A stretch of DNA of 64,000 nucleotides. Origin: the human T2T-CHM13v2.0 reference genome, Homo sapiens. The stretch lies in assembly GCF_009914755.1 (NCBI RefSeq), contig NC_060925.1. One strand, written 5' to 3'. The notes beneath the pieces are model-generated. The model was not told where the DNA came from. It made no database searches and was given only the letters and a program-made list of their open reading frames with translations. This document shows positions 42,128-59,073 of this stretch, piece by piece; position 1 is the first letter of the stretch, and each line of letters starts with the position of its first letter. The position numbers and the translations under genes were made by a program.

Positions 42128-44334
42128 GGACTTCTAATTCTGAGCAACATGGAGTGACAGGGACCAATTAAAACTCCAGGCACAACATATGAAGCAACAG
42201 CTTTCAGACATTAAGCATCAGGCAGCACAGACAGTGAATTCAGGAAACAAGCAAGATGTGTTCTATGATTTTCGCAGTCTGTGATAGGAAAGGGTTTCCA
42301 GGCTTCAGCACAGCAAGGGGGAATGCAGGCAGAGCCCAAAAGTCTCCCTCAGTTCAGGAGAAAATGCTGGGCATCTGAGGAGGCCAAGCCAGCTAGAGTT
42401 CACCTGGCAGAGCACAAGAGCTGAGAGAGCAGCACAGACAGAGAGCTCCAGGGATCTGTGGAAGGTCTGCAGCTGAAGGCTGATCTGCACATTCGTGTGA
42501 GGAAACTACCACAGGCTAAGAAAAATTACACCTGAAAAAAGTACAGGGAAAAATCTTCAGCATTCACCTACTAGCCACAGTAGGAAACCTCATAATTAAC
42601 AGGTCATCAGGTAGAATATTCAGAAAGGCATTGCTGTAGTAGTGGGCAATATTAGCCATACACCAAAGAATTCTGGTCATGTCTAACAAAGCAAGCCTCA
42701 GAAGGACCAGTTTTCAAGTAACTTAACTACATCACAGAACAACGCTCAAGAATATTAATAAGAATACAAAGGTATTCAGTACCCACAAGGTAAAATACGT
42801 GGTATTTGGAATTCAATAAAAAATTATAAGACACACAAATAAGCAAGAAAATACAATTCGTAATGAAGAGAAAAATCAATGAGAACTAATCTAGAAATGA
42901 TATGGATGATAGAATTAGTAGACAAAGACATTTAAGTGGTTATTAAAGCTATATTCATATGTTCAAGAAGGTAAAGGAAAGATTGAGCATGTTAAGTAAA
43001 AACATCAAAGATATTTTTAAATTACCAAATTGGCTGGCTGCGGTGGCTCATGCTTCTAATCCCAGCTCTTTGGGAGGCCGAGGTGGGTAGATCACTTGAG
43101 TCTAGGAGTTCAAGACCAGCCTGGGCAACACAGGAAGATCCCATCTGTACAAAAATTTTTTAGAAATTAGCCAGGCATGGTGGTATGCACCTGTAGTCCC
43201 AGCTACTTGGGGATGAGGTGGGAGGATCGCTTGAGCCCGGGAAGTCAAGGCTGCAGTGAGCCAAGATTGGGCCACTGCACTCTAGCCTGGGTGACAAAAT
43301 TAGACCCTGTCTCACATATAAATAAATAAAAATAAGAGGCCCAATTGAACTTGTAAAGAGAAAAATTAAAATATTTGAGATTAATAACAACACATTAGAC
43401 ATTGAAAAAAATTAGTGAAGTTTAAGACAGAGCAATAGAAACTATCCAAGATGAAACACGGAAAGAAGAAAGACTGAAAAAAAAAATGGCCAGAGCATTA
43501 GTGACCTACGAGGCAATCAGACTCCAAAGGGGGGGAAAAAAGAGACAGAGAGAGTGAGAAGGGAGGTCAGAAAAAAAGATATGAAGAAGTAATAACTGAA
43601 ATTTTCCAACGTTTATGAAAATTAGATGTCCAGAAACCTAAGAAACTTAGTAAACCCCAGGCACAAGAAACATGAAAAACCAAAGCACATCATAAAATTG
43701 CATCAAAAACATAATATGCTTAGGAATAAATTTAACAAAATATGTGCAAAATCCACACATGAAAAACTAGAAAACATTGCTGAGAGAAATTAAAGAATAC
43801 CTAAATAAATTGACACATATATTTTGTCCATGGATTGGAAGACACAATATTGTTGCCCACTCTTACCAAAATGATTGATAGATTCAGTATAATTCCAGTA
43901 AAAAACCCAACATGCTTTATTTCACAGAAATTGACAAACTGATTTTAAAATTTATATGGAAGTTCAAAGGACCTAGAATATCCAACACAGTTTTGAAATA
44001 AAGAGTAACAAAGTTGGAGAACTTGTATAACCTCACTTCAAGGCTTATTATATAGAGCACCCTAGATAATACAATGTAATATTAGGGTAAGGAAAGACAA
44101 ATATACAAATACAACCAAATAGACCAGAAATAGACCTCATGCATGGCCAATAAGCACACGATAAGATGTTTAATCATTAGTCATCAGGTAAACAGAAATT
44201 AAAATCACAATGAAGTACTACCACACACCTACCAGAATGACTACAAATTAAAAATTGTAATGATACCAAGTTTGGTGAGAAAATAGAGCATCTAGAAATC
44301 TCATATATTACTGAGGACAGTATAAAATAGTTGA

Positions 44335-44335
<1 letters not shown>
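42128..44335 (+). mobile_element. Old L1 5'UTR/ORF1 and ORF2 fragments, with an AluJ at 43032-43335
   Basis: ggacttctaattctgagcaacatgg 5' end; agagcaatagaaactatcc ORF1 motif; tcatggattggaaga-like ORF2 motif. Confidence 0.75.
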
Positions 44336-46790
<2,455 letters not shown>

Positions 46791-47019
46791 TTGGAGGGAG
46801 CTTTTAATACAAAGGAAATGTTCTATATCTTCAGTGGGGGCTACAAGAGTGTATATACTTGTCAAAACTGCACCAGAACTGCCTGTCAGCTGCTCAGGTG
46901 GTAGCATCTGATGGTGGCATCTCTCTGGGAACTGTACATTAAAAATAGGTGCATTGGTTGTATGTAAATTACATCTCAATAGAGTTGATTTTTTAAAACG
47001 AAGTAGAAAAAATATAATT

Positions 47020-47340
47020 AAATTAATCCCTCTCTCCTGATTCTCCACCAACATCTCTGGAGAGTACTCCTTAATCTTCTTTATAAATTCTTCATATTTC
47101 CCTTTGAAACTCAGGGGTTACTTGATGTTCCATTCTTGATCCTCTTCTTCTCCCTCATATAACCATAATTATTTCACTCAGTATTCGTGTTATAACTACC
47201 ACCTATTTGAGGATCGTTCCCAAATCTACATTTCTTGCACAGACTTTTCCCCTGAGCTCCAGATAGCTATATCCAAATGCTTAATGGAAAATCTTTATCT
47301 CAAGCTCAACATGTCCAAAACTAAGACAATTACCACACAT
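47020..47340 (+). mobile_element. L2 RT-region fragment
   Basis: cacctatttgaggatcgttcccaaatctac encodes HLFEDRSQIY (decayed HLYADDSQIY); ctcaacatgtccaaaact. Confidence 0.7.
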
Positions 47341-47341
47341 A

Positions 47342-48020
<679 letters not shown>

Positions 48021-49140
48021 TATACAATATTCTTCATATGCATTGATGCGCTGTGGCTGACACATAGTAAACACTTTATATATTATTTGTTGAATGAATG
48101 AAATGTGAAATAACTAACAGCCAAATATGTCTTCAATTCTCTCTCACTCGCCTATATTATTAAGCACGTGACCAACATGCTTTGTGGAAATTATTTTCAC
48201 AAATGTTAGTTCATTCTCTTATTCCTTTCTCCTCCCCACTACTACCTCCACTCCCACCCCAGATGGAGAGAGGGTGAGAATGGAGTTGGCACACATCTCT
48301 GAATGGCACCTGCTCAGATTGACAGGCTTCAGTATTTCAAGATAAGAAAAGCTGCTCTCCTCTTCCCCTTCTTTCCCCCTTCCAACATCATGGTCACCGC
48401 CAGAACTGCCTGCAATTGGTATTCTGGGCAGATGTAGCCAGCTGTAAGGTGCGTTATCTGACAGTGCATCTGTCTGGAAAACCAGAAGAAGGAAAAGGAA
48501 AACTGTGTTTAGAAGGTGTATTTTTCTCTTCCCCAGGTAAGCAGGAGAAATAATAGAATTCAAATTGTAATAACCATGCAACAAAACTTCTGCACACTAG
48601 GTGTTTATCCCAGTTCATAAAAACAACTATTTTAAGGTAATGAAAAGAACTCCCTGTTGGGGAAGCAAATGGAACTACATGTTTCTGAAACAGTTTGAAA
48701 GAAAACAGCAAACTCAATGACCAGACAGCAAAAACATGTCAAGCAGATTGGCACAGTTTGCCTCACTCACAAATCTTCCCCAGACAAGGCTCCAGGAAAG
48801 GCTGGACCCCTTGAAATCATACTACACATCAGGAAACCACGTGACCTTCTATTGTCAAACCCATACAGCCTACTCAGCTTCAGTGGGGTGTAAAGGCTCC
48901 CCTTTTTTTCTATACTCAGAGCCTAAGAATTCAACTTCATTTCTGTTTCTTTAATGGTACCCTACCAACTCTGAACCTTGGGACCCTGTCCCCCAAGTCC
49001 TTTTCTCTGTTGTCTCTAAAGACAAACATACAAGCTTTTATGATTGGAAGAATTAACTGCTAATCACTATAGGAAAATAGACACGGAAAAACAAAAGCAA
49101 CAAAGATGAAAACGTTTATTTACCTAAGAGCTCTTATATA

Positions 49141-49273
49141 CAGGGTAACCAAATGTCCCTGTTAGCCCAGGACGGTCCCAATTAACATCTATTTTCCTGG
49201 CATAATTACTAATTGCAACCGCTTCACTCTCAAAAGTATCATGTTTGGTCATAAAGTAGAATAAGTTATCCTA
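49141..49273 (-). mobile_element. MER94-like hAT DNA transposon inserted into a MIR
   Basis: cagggtaacca...cccaggacggtccc...ttcactctcaaaagt; 8-bp TSD-like cttatata / tttatatg. Confidence 0.75.
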
Positions 49274-50417
49274 TTTATATGGCACTTATTTTATGCCAGG
49301 CATATAAACGTTAATCTATTTGATCCTCAAAGCAATCTCATGAGCTAAGAAATGTTTTCAAAGTAATCAGACCAAAGCAGGAGAGGTTGAGTAGCTTGCC
49401 CAAGGGTACACATATAGTCAGTATCTGAGCCAGGATTTGCCAACAGAGGCAACTGGCTTCAATATCCTTGTCCTTAACCATTGTGGTAAGCTATGATAAA
49501 GCTTTAGGAAATCAAGTGTTCTTTCATTTAATAAGTATTATTAATGCCTACTATGTGCCAGGCACCATGCTACAAACTAGGAATACAGAATGAAACAGGC
49601 AGAGGACGTGCCCCAAGGAAACTTTCAGTCTGAGGGAAACAAAGATACAACTAAAAAGACAAGGAGTACAGGTACAGGGTGCATTGAGAACAATTGGTAT
49701 AGAGGTGGGAGTGGTATCTAATCAGGCATTAAGAGATCATGGAAAGCTTCCTGGAGGAAGTGACATCTGAGGAGAGTGCTGAAGAAAGGGTATTTTATCT
49801 AGACTGGAAGGACCAGGAAAATCTGGTTCAGGCAGAACAGCAAATCAGATGGTCCTAAGGCCAAAGAAATCACAATGAATTCACATAGTTCAGTAGGGTT
49901 AGTGTTGCCTGGGGTCAGGGAAGGAGCAAAAGTTGGAGCTAGAAATATATACAAAGGCCAGATCAAGAAGGGATGTTACTGACATGCTCACATTTGCACT
50001 TTGTCCTGAAGTTAATGGGAAGCTCATGGCTTACTAGGAACTTAAGCAGAGAAGTGACCTGATCAAATTTTCACTTTACAAAAATCATTAGTGCTGCCAT
50101 GCAGAAATGGTTTGAAGAGGCAAGAGCCAGAGCAAACACAGGAAACTCAGACAGAATGCTGTTGCCAGGATCCATCAGAGGGAGGAAGCAGGCTTGAACT
50201 AAGGTGGTGACTAGAGATGCAGAAAGACTTGGTATATCAAGGAGGTAGAACTGGCAGGACTTGGTGATGAGGAAGATGTGGTGGGTGAGGGGAAAGAAGG
50301 GTCATGGATGCCAGAGAGATGTCCCATCTGAGTCTGGAGCTCAGGAGAGAGACGTGGGCAAGAGACATAAATTTGGGAATCACCCATGTAGAGATGGTAA
50401 TTAGGCCAGCTGGTTAG

Positions 50418-51100
<683 letters not shown>

Positions 51101-51169
51101 GAACTGGCCACATAATCCAGTGTTAGTGTCTCTCCTCACAAGAAAATACGAAGAAAAATACTGGCCATG

Positions 51170-51575
<406 letters not shown>

Positions 51576-53140
51576 TCAGGGCCGCCAAGAGAAAAGGAAA
51601 AGAAAAACAGTGTCTAAGGCTTCATGGGGCACAAGTTCGGGGCCAGGCATATCCACACAGTTTATCAACAAGATGGTGTTTGCAAATCTTAAGGGTGCAG
51701 TTTCACTTGCAGGCAGGAGTGAGACTGCAAGGGGAAGAGGAGAAGCTGCAAGGTGGGAACAGGGAGCAGGGAGTGTCTCAGGGAGAATTGTGCAGGAGGT
51801 GGAAGTAGAAGTCATGTCCCAGAACAGAGGCATCCAGCACCCTGCTTTTGTGTACGTGTGGTAAGAACACTTAAAATGAGATCTAACCTCTAAATAAATG
51901 TTTAAGTGTACAGAACATTACTGTTGACCATAGGTATGATATCATACAGCAGATCTCTAGAGCTTATTCATCTTGCTGGACTAAAACTGTATGCATGCAC
52001 ATTGATTAGTAACTCCCCACCTCCCCCTCCCCTCAGCCCCTGGCATTCCACTCTTTGCTTCTATGAGTTTGACTCTTTTATTTTATTTCATTCCAACAGC
52101 CTGGGAGAGTTTGACTATTTTAGGTGCCTCACACAGGTGGAATCATGCAGTATTTATCTTTCCATGACTGGCTTATTTCACTTAGCAGCTTGTCTAAAGT
52201 TTGGTCAAGGAGAGAGTCTTTGTCACCAGTTGGCTGGGGCACAGAGAGTGAGGGGGCAGATCTGCTCTGGCTTATTCTGGAGAGATAAGCAGCAGTCAAG
52301 GCTTTGTAAATCCAGTTATCCTAAGAGCACTGAGAAGTTCTAATTGGGAAGGAAGTGATATGACATGATCAGATTGTGTTTTCTCAAAATCTACTCAGAT
52401 TGCTCTACGGAGAACGGGCTGGAGGGGGTGAGAAGGAATGCTGGAAGACTAGTTAGATTGCCAGTGCTATTGTCATGACAAGAAAATGGGCAGAACAAGG
52501 TGATGGTGGTGGTAGAAACAGACATAGAGGGATTTGAGAAATGTAAAAGGTGAAACTGACAGGACTTGGTGATAGATTGGTGGCAGGGAGAAAAAGGTAT
52601 CAATAAATGGCTTGGTATCTCATTTAATCTTTACTACAACCCTGTGAAACACATTATTATTTCCTCCATGTTATGGATAAGGGATTTGAAACTCAAAGTA
52701 CTTGAGCGACATGCCCAGATCACACAGCTGGTAGGTCTGGCTCTAAAGTGACGCCCGCTCCACTATGTTATACAACAGTCAAGCAGTTCTTCCTTAAAGA
52801 ATGGTCTCTTTCCTCGTACACCACTGAAGGCTATGCCTAGTCAATACTTCTACTAATAGCATGGTACTTCACCTACAATATTCTCATTATCTGTTTGCCT
52901 ATACAACAGGAAAATAAATAAGAATATTATCACAGAAGCCGGCCGCAGTTTAAGCCAGCTGACCTCCAAGGACAGTACAAATCAATTCCTTTGCTGAAGA
53001 AGGTGACTTCTTGGGCTTATCTGGCTATAAAAAGTGAGGGCCCCTGAAGAGAGCTGAGATAAGAAAGGTTAGGGCAATAAGAAATTAACTTGCTCTGCAT
53101 GACAAAGTTACAGGAATTTTGAAGAAGGAACCATAGCCAT

Positions 53141-53561
53141 TAATATAGTTTGGATGTTTGTCCCCTCCAAATCTCAGGTTGAAATGTGATCTCCAATGTT
53201 GGAGGTGGGGCTTAATGGGAGATATTTGAGTCACGAGGATGGATGCCTCATGAATTGCTTGGTGCCCTCCCCATGGTCATGACTGAAGTTTCATTCTATT
53301 AGTTACCATGAGATCTGATCATTAAAAAGAGCCTGGACCTCCTGCTCTTCTCTCTTGCTCCCTATCTTGCCATGTGACATGCCTGCTCCCCCTTTGTCTT
53401 CCACCATTAGTAAAAGCTTCCTGAGGCCTCACCAGAAGCTGAGCAGATGCTTGTGCCACTCTTGTACAGCTTGCAGAACCGTGAGTCAAATAAACCTCTT
53501 TTCTGTGTAAATTACCCAGTCACAGGTATTCCTTTATGGCAATGCAAAGTGGACAACTACA
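53141..53561 (+). mobile_element. MSTB-like MaLR solo LTR
   Basis: atagtttggatgtttgtcccctccaaatctc...ggtattcctttatggcaatgcaaa; TSD gccat/accat. Confidence 0.92.
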
Positions 53562-53610
53562 ACCATCATGCTCATCACTGTAACCCTAGTGCCTAGAACA
53601 CAGGTACTCA

Positions 53611-54120
<510 letters not shown>

Positions 54121-54264
54121 TTAAATTTTCTGTTTTAAAAGAAAAATTGTTATAAAACTGGACTGGAATAGAACTTTGTATTACATAAATCATGTAAATT
54201 TCTGGTCAAATGTTTATACAGTTGTCTGATATACATTAAAGGCAAACTCTCTCGTGGGTGATAT

Positions 54265-55295
54265 TGATGTCAGTGGTGGGCCATCTGGAGCAGCCACTGC
54301 CACTGCGCCAACTGCCGCAGGGAGGTGAAAGTGGTGGTGGCAGAAGTAGCTGTGAGAGCAGCAATGGTGGTGGTGGGTCCCCTGTGCCCCATGTCTGGAG
54401 ACAACTGACTGCACCGCCCCCACCCTTGCATGGCCAGGTGGGACCCACTCCCAGGCCCGGAGCTTCTGCAACTCTGGACCCTGGCACCGCATCACGGCTT
54501 TTGCGTGGCGCCCCTGCAGGAAGGGTAGGAGGAGGAGGGATAGCTGGGCCTAGGGCAGTGCTGTGCTCCAAGGGAGTCAGCAGGAGCCAGGGACAAGTGG
54601 GAGCATGCCCAGAGCCCACTGTTTGGGGGCCGCCACAGTGAGGCCAGCCGAGCCACCCACTGGCAGAGGAGGAGGGTGGTTGGGCATGCAGGGGTGGGCA
54701 GAGAGGGGTCCAGTGAGGACCTGGAGTCCCCCACCCCAGACTGCAAGGAGATGCCACCGGAGCTGCATGCATGCTCCAGGGATTGGGTGACAGCCCCGCC
54801 CTCCCAGACACAGGACCTGGGTGTCTCTGTACTCTGCACCCTCAGGGGCCCAGGAAAGCTCCTGCTGCCTCCACAGGCTCGAGGGTGTCTGCTCCTACTG
54901 CCTGGCCTTTCCCCACTCCTGGTGCCCACTCTGATCTCAGAGCAGGGTTGAGGCAGATTGCGGGGGGCAATGGGGTGGGGGGAGCTGAGGTGGGGCAGAG
55001 GGCAGGTTGGAGCTGGCCTGCAGGTGCCCCTTGGTGGGAGCAGCCTGGTCACCATGGATGGCAATAGGAGGCAGATAGGCTCCTGGGTGGAAGGGGGCAG
55101 GTCCCTGGTGAGGCCTCACCTTTATGCCAGGGAGGGCCCAAAGGCTGGAGGCCAGGCTACCAGTCCCTCTGACCCTAGTGGGGACTTGTGGTGCCTTTTC
55201 CGGGCTGCCCATGGACCAACTGACATGCACTTCCTCCCCTCTGAGGCCAATAAAAGCCCCAGGCTTAGCCAGAGCTGGACAGATGCCAGCTTGAG
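54265..55295 (+). mobile_element. MER52-family ERV1 LTR (GC-rich, 3'-truncated)
   Basis: tgatgtcagtggtgggccatctggagcagccactgcc start; gctgcccatggaccaa...gcacttcctcccctctga...ataaaagcccc promoter region. Confidence 0.8.
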
Positions 55296-55393
55296 CTGAC
55301 CTGTGAATGAGAGCAAATGTGAAACAAACTCTCAAGTACATAGTACATACTATTTTCTTCCCAAACATCCATCCCCACTTTTTCTGGTAATAG

Positions 55394-55456
<63 letters not shown>

Positions 55457-55472
55457 GGATGGATGGATAGAT

Positions 55473-55518
<46 letters not shown>

Positions 55519-55527
55519 CAGACAGAT
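55394..55527. repeat. Compound tetranucleotide STR [AGAT]14 AAT AGAT [GGAT]3 AGAT GAT [AGAT]10 [AGAC]2 AGAT
   Basis: Counted directly from the sequence. Confidence 0.97.
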
Positions 55528-56115
55528 AACATTTGAGGCTATAACTTTTTCCTACTCTTCATCCATGTCTGCAGGCACATGACCTAGATCTAGCCAATAA
55601 AAGCAGCCTATCCCTGGCCACGATGACTGGTTCAGGGATGAACACACAGTCCAAGCAGAGCCACGGAGATAGTGGGATCTTTCTCCCACTTCTGGAAAAG
55701 AGCAGGTGCTCTTTCCTATTGAATACGACAAGATATGAAGCCTGAGCTACTGTGCTTATTGCCAGCTGAGGAAGAATGCCTGTCTAAAACAGAACCAACA
55801 CAGAGGAAGCAAAGTTGAGAGACACAGGGATAGAAACCTGGTCCTGGCTGGGTACAGTGGCTTGCCCCTGTAATCCCAGCACTTTGGGAAGTGGAGGTGG
55901 AAGAAGCACTTCAGGCCAGGAGTTCGAGACCAACTGGGCAACATAGTAAAACTACAAAAAATTCAAAAATCAGCCAGGCCTGGTGGCTCACTACCTGGGA
56001 GGCTGAGGCAGGAGGATTGCTTGAGCCCAGGAGTTGGAGGCTGCAGTGAGCTATGATCACACCACTTGCTCTGTCACTCCAGCCTGAGTGACAGAGCAAG
56101 ACCAGAAAGAAAGAC

Positions 56116-56356
56116 AGAGAGAGAGGAAGGAAGGAAGGAAGGAAGGAAGGAAGGAAGGAAGGAAGGAAGGAAGGAAGGGAGGGAAGGAAGGAGAAGAAGG
56201 AAAGAAAGAAGAAGGAAAGAAGAAAAAGAAAGAGAGAGAGAAAGGAAGGAAGGGAGAGAGAGAAAGAAAGAGAAAGAAAGGAAGGAAGGGAGGGAGGGAG
56301 GAAGGAAGGAAGGAAGGAAGGAAGGAAGGAAGGAAGGAAGGAAAAAAGAAAAGAAA
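56116..56356. repeat. 241-nt pure polypurine tract with (GGAA)13 and (GGAA)11
   Basis: No pyrimidine between 56116 and 56356; GGAA arrays at 56125-56176 and 56300-56343. Confidence 0.97.
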
Positions 56357-57715
56357 CGAAACCTGGTGGTCCTGGTAACATTTTTGAGAAAACTGATCAA
56401 GCCTCATCTGAGGTCAGACTATTCCTGGACTTTCCTATTGTATGCGCCAATAAAAATCCTTTTGCCATTTTGGATAACGATTTCTGTCCCTTACATCTGG
56501 AGTCCCGATGATGATGTAAGATAGGGATTTGAGTTATTTTATTTGGAAAGCATGGCTGCAGAAAGCAGGAGTACCTGGGTCCATGAGTTACGCAAGTCTA
56601 CCTCCTTTCAAGACTGAGTGCCCTGAGGTCCAAAGCCTGTGTTAGTTATCACTGCAATGTTAACAGGCATTCAATGATTATTTTTAGGAATAAAAGGAGG
56701 ACAAGAAAAAGGCAAGTGGAAGAAAGAAAAGGGGATGGGAAATGTATAAACTCCTCCCAAGAAAGCGGGTCACCTGGTCACTTTGTTCAGGGCAGACTGG
56801 TCCTGCAGGAGCCCAGCAGGAGCATGAAGCAGGAAATGAGGGCACAGAAGCATCCAGCACCAGACTGTTCCAAAGGGCCATTTACCAGGAAATTGCCTAG
56901 AAATGACAGTGCAGCCATAACCGGGTCATTAGTTTCCCTACAAATATTTCTCCCTTTTGTGTGCAACAAGGACCCATTCAGCCAACTGTGTGGTGCTTCA
57001 GCTGAAATAACAGACCAGAGGAAATGTGTAATTGGCTTTCATCAAATTGAAACTGTAAGGCAGCCTAGCCAAGCTGAAGCTCTGTCTCTGGCCCTAGCAC
57101 AGAAATTATTTTCTGCTTAATGTGAGGTTATATGTGGGAAAGAAGGGGAAATAGAGGGGAAAAAGAAAGAGGACCAGCCTTTGGGTCAGCTTCAGCCCTT
57201 CTGGCAAGGCTACTCAGAGCTTTGTCTTAACAGCCAACAAGGACAGAAAAGGAATCTGGCTCCAGACTTTTGGAGAGGAAGGGACCTGGGACAGAGGAAG
57301 AGAGGCAGTAAGGGGAGGGGTGGGAAGAGAGGGAAGGAGTTACTCTTTAATGAAATAAGGTAACTTACAAATTAGTTTTTAAAAAATAGTTCCCAACTGA
57401 TATCTTTTCCCACCAGACTATTTATGTGAAATTTACACCTCAAAATAACAAACATAACGTCAACCAGTTTGCCAACTTACCACCTGGCATATGTGATGGT
57501 AACACATTTAATAATTATTTAATAATTTTAATAATTTAATAAAATGTAATCATTAATAATTTAATAGAGAAAAGTGAAAAAGAAAATTTGTGACTCACCC
57601 AAAGGGACATAAAGCATTATTCCAGGGACCTATGACTAATCTATATTTTGGGTGTGAGGGGAACTTTGTTGAATGATTTGGGAACTCTGTGGTATAGCTT
57701 ATATATTTCCAGTAA

Positions 57716-57842
57716 TTTTTTTTTTTGAGAAGGAGTCTCACTATGTTACCCAGACTGGTCTTGGACTCCTGGACTCAAACAATCCTCCTGTCCCAGCCTC
57801 TCAGGTAGCTGGGACTACAAGCACACTCCACCGTGCCCTGCT
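57716..57842 (-). mobile_element. FLAM-like Alu monomer
   Basis: Single arm; TSD atttccagtaatttt / atttctggtaatttt. Confidence 0.85.
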
Positions 57843-58229
57843 TATTTCTGGTAATTTTCTATCTGGAATTTTCTCTCTCATCTACTTCCAGGAATTTTCC
57901 ATCTACCTTTCCTTTTAGGTCTCTTTGAGCTTTGCATTTCCCGTCCTGGCCCATCAGCTTCAGGGGAACATGTGAGTTCCACACAGAATTACTGGAGGGA
58001 GACAGGACTCAGCTCCTCTGAAGGCCCTCCCCGGGGCCCCTGACAGCAATATTGTTGTGCAGTTCCCATAGTGCTGCTCTGGTCATGTGCTTCCCTGAGC
58101 AAATTGTCCCCAGGATCCTTTGGACTTCTGCCTTGGTGTTTTCATTGCCATCATCTCAGGTTGAGAACTCCAAAAGACCACATGACAATGGTTTCCTGGT
58201 CCTCAGGAAGAACTGCCGAGCAGCAGCAG

Positions 58230-58700
58230 TAATGGAAAGAACATTGAGTCACACAGGCCTGGGCCCGAGTCCCACCTCTACCACCCACCACCTCCATGAG
58301 GCCATGGCGGAATAGAAACAGTGTGGGACTGGAAACGGGAGGACCTCGCTGTGTGACCTCAGGCAGCTTCTCAGTTATTCCTTTCTTACACTAAAATCTC
58401 AGTTACCTCATCACTAAAATGAAGATTATGATCACCACTTTAAAGTGTTGCTGTGGGGATTAAAAGAAATCATATGCCTGGTGTGGAGTAGGCACTAATT
58501 AATTGGCTAATGTTGCTATCATATTGTTATTGTTATTATGTGACCTTGGGGAAGACACTTAACCTCTCTGAACTTGCTTTCTCTTCTGAAAAACTAGAAG
58601 TAATAAAAATTACCTCTCAGGATTGTAGCAATAATTATATATGCAAAGGTTACAAGGATTGTTTATGTCACATATGTACCTGGTAGGCACCCAATGTTAG
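58230..58700 (+). mobile_element. MIR cluster
   Basis: Repeated tgtgacct...cagtt/ctcatc...aaaatg cores. Confidence 0.7.
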
Positions 58701-58764
58701 ATTTCTATCCCTCTCACTTCTGGACTTCCCCTAATGCAATCTAGGATAAGAGTTTAAAGCTTCC

Positions 58765-59073
58765 GGCTGGGCGCGGTGGCTCACGCCTGTAATCCCAACG
58801 CTTTGGGAGGACGAGGTGGGCAGATCACTTCAGGTCAGGAGTTCGAGACTAGCCTGGCCAACATGGTGAAACCTTGTCTCTACTAAAAATACAAAAATAA
58901 ATTAGCCGGGAGTGGTGGCAGGCGCCTGTAATCCCAGCTACTCAGGAGGCTGAGGCAGGAGAATCGCTTGAACCCGAGAATCGCTTGAAGCAGAGGTTAC
59001 AGTGAGCCGAGACCGGCGCCATTGCACTCCAGCAACAGAGCGAGATTCCGTCTCAAAAAAAAAAAATAAAAAA
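58765..59073 (+). mobile_element. AluS with an internal duplication and deletion
   Basis: Perfect 17-bp TSD aagagtttaaagcttcc; gagaatcgcttgaa repeated. Confidence 0.95.

Larger units (their letters stand above)
55330..56510 (+). mobile_element. Old MLT1 LTR split by an (AGAT)n STR, an AluJ (55846-56103) and a purine tract
   Basis: gcacatgacctag...ccctggccacgatgactggttcaggg; 3' part cctggacttt...gccaataaa; Alu TSD gaaacctggt. Confidence 0.65.

Noticed and set aside
54214-55368. CpG island or coding exon suggested by many overlapping long ORFs
   Set aside because: Explained by a GC-rich, CpG-depleted ERV1 LTR; stop codons are simply rare at this composition.
55911-56524. Charged or low-complexity proteins (EGRK and FLPS repeats)
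   Set aside because: These are translations of the GGAA microsatellite.
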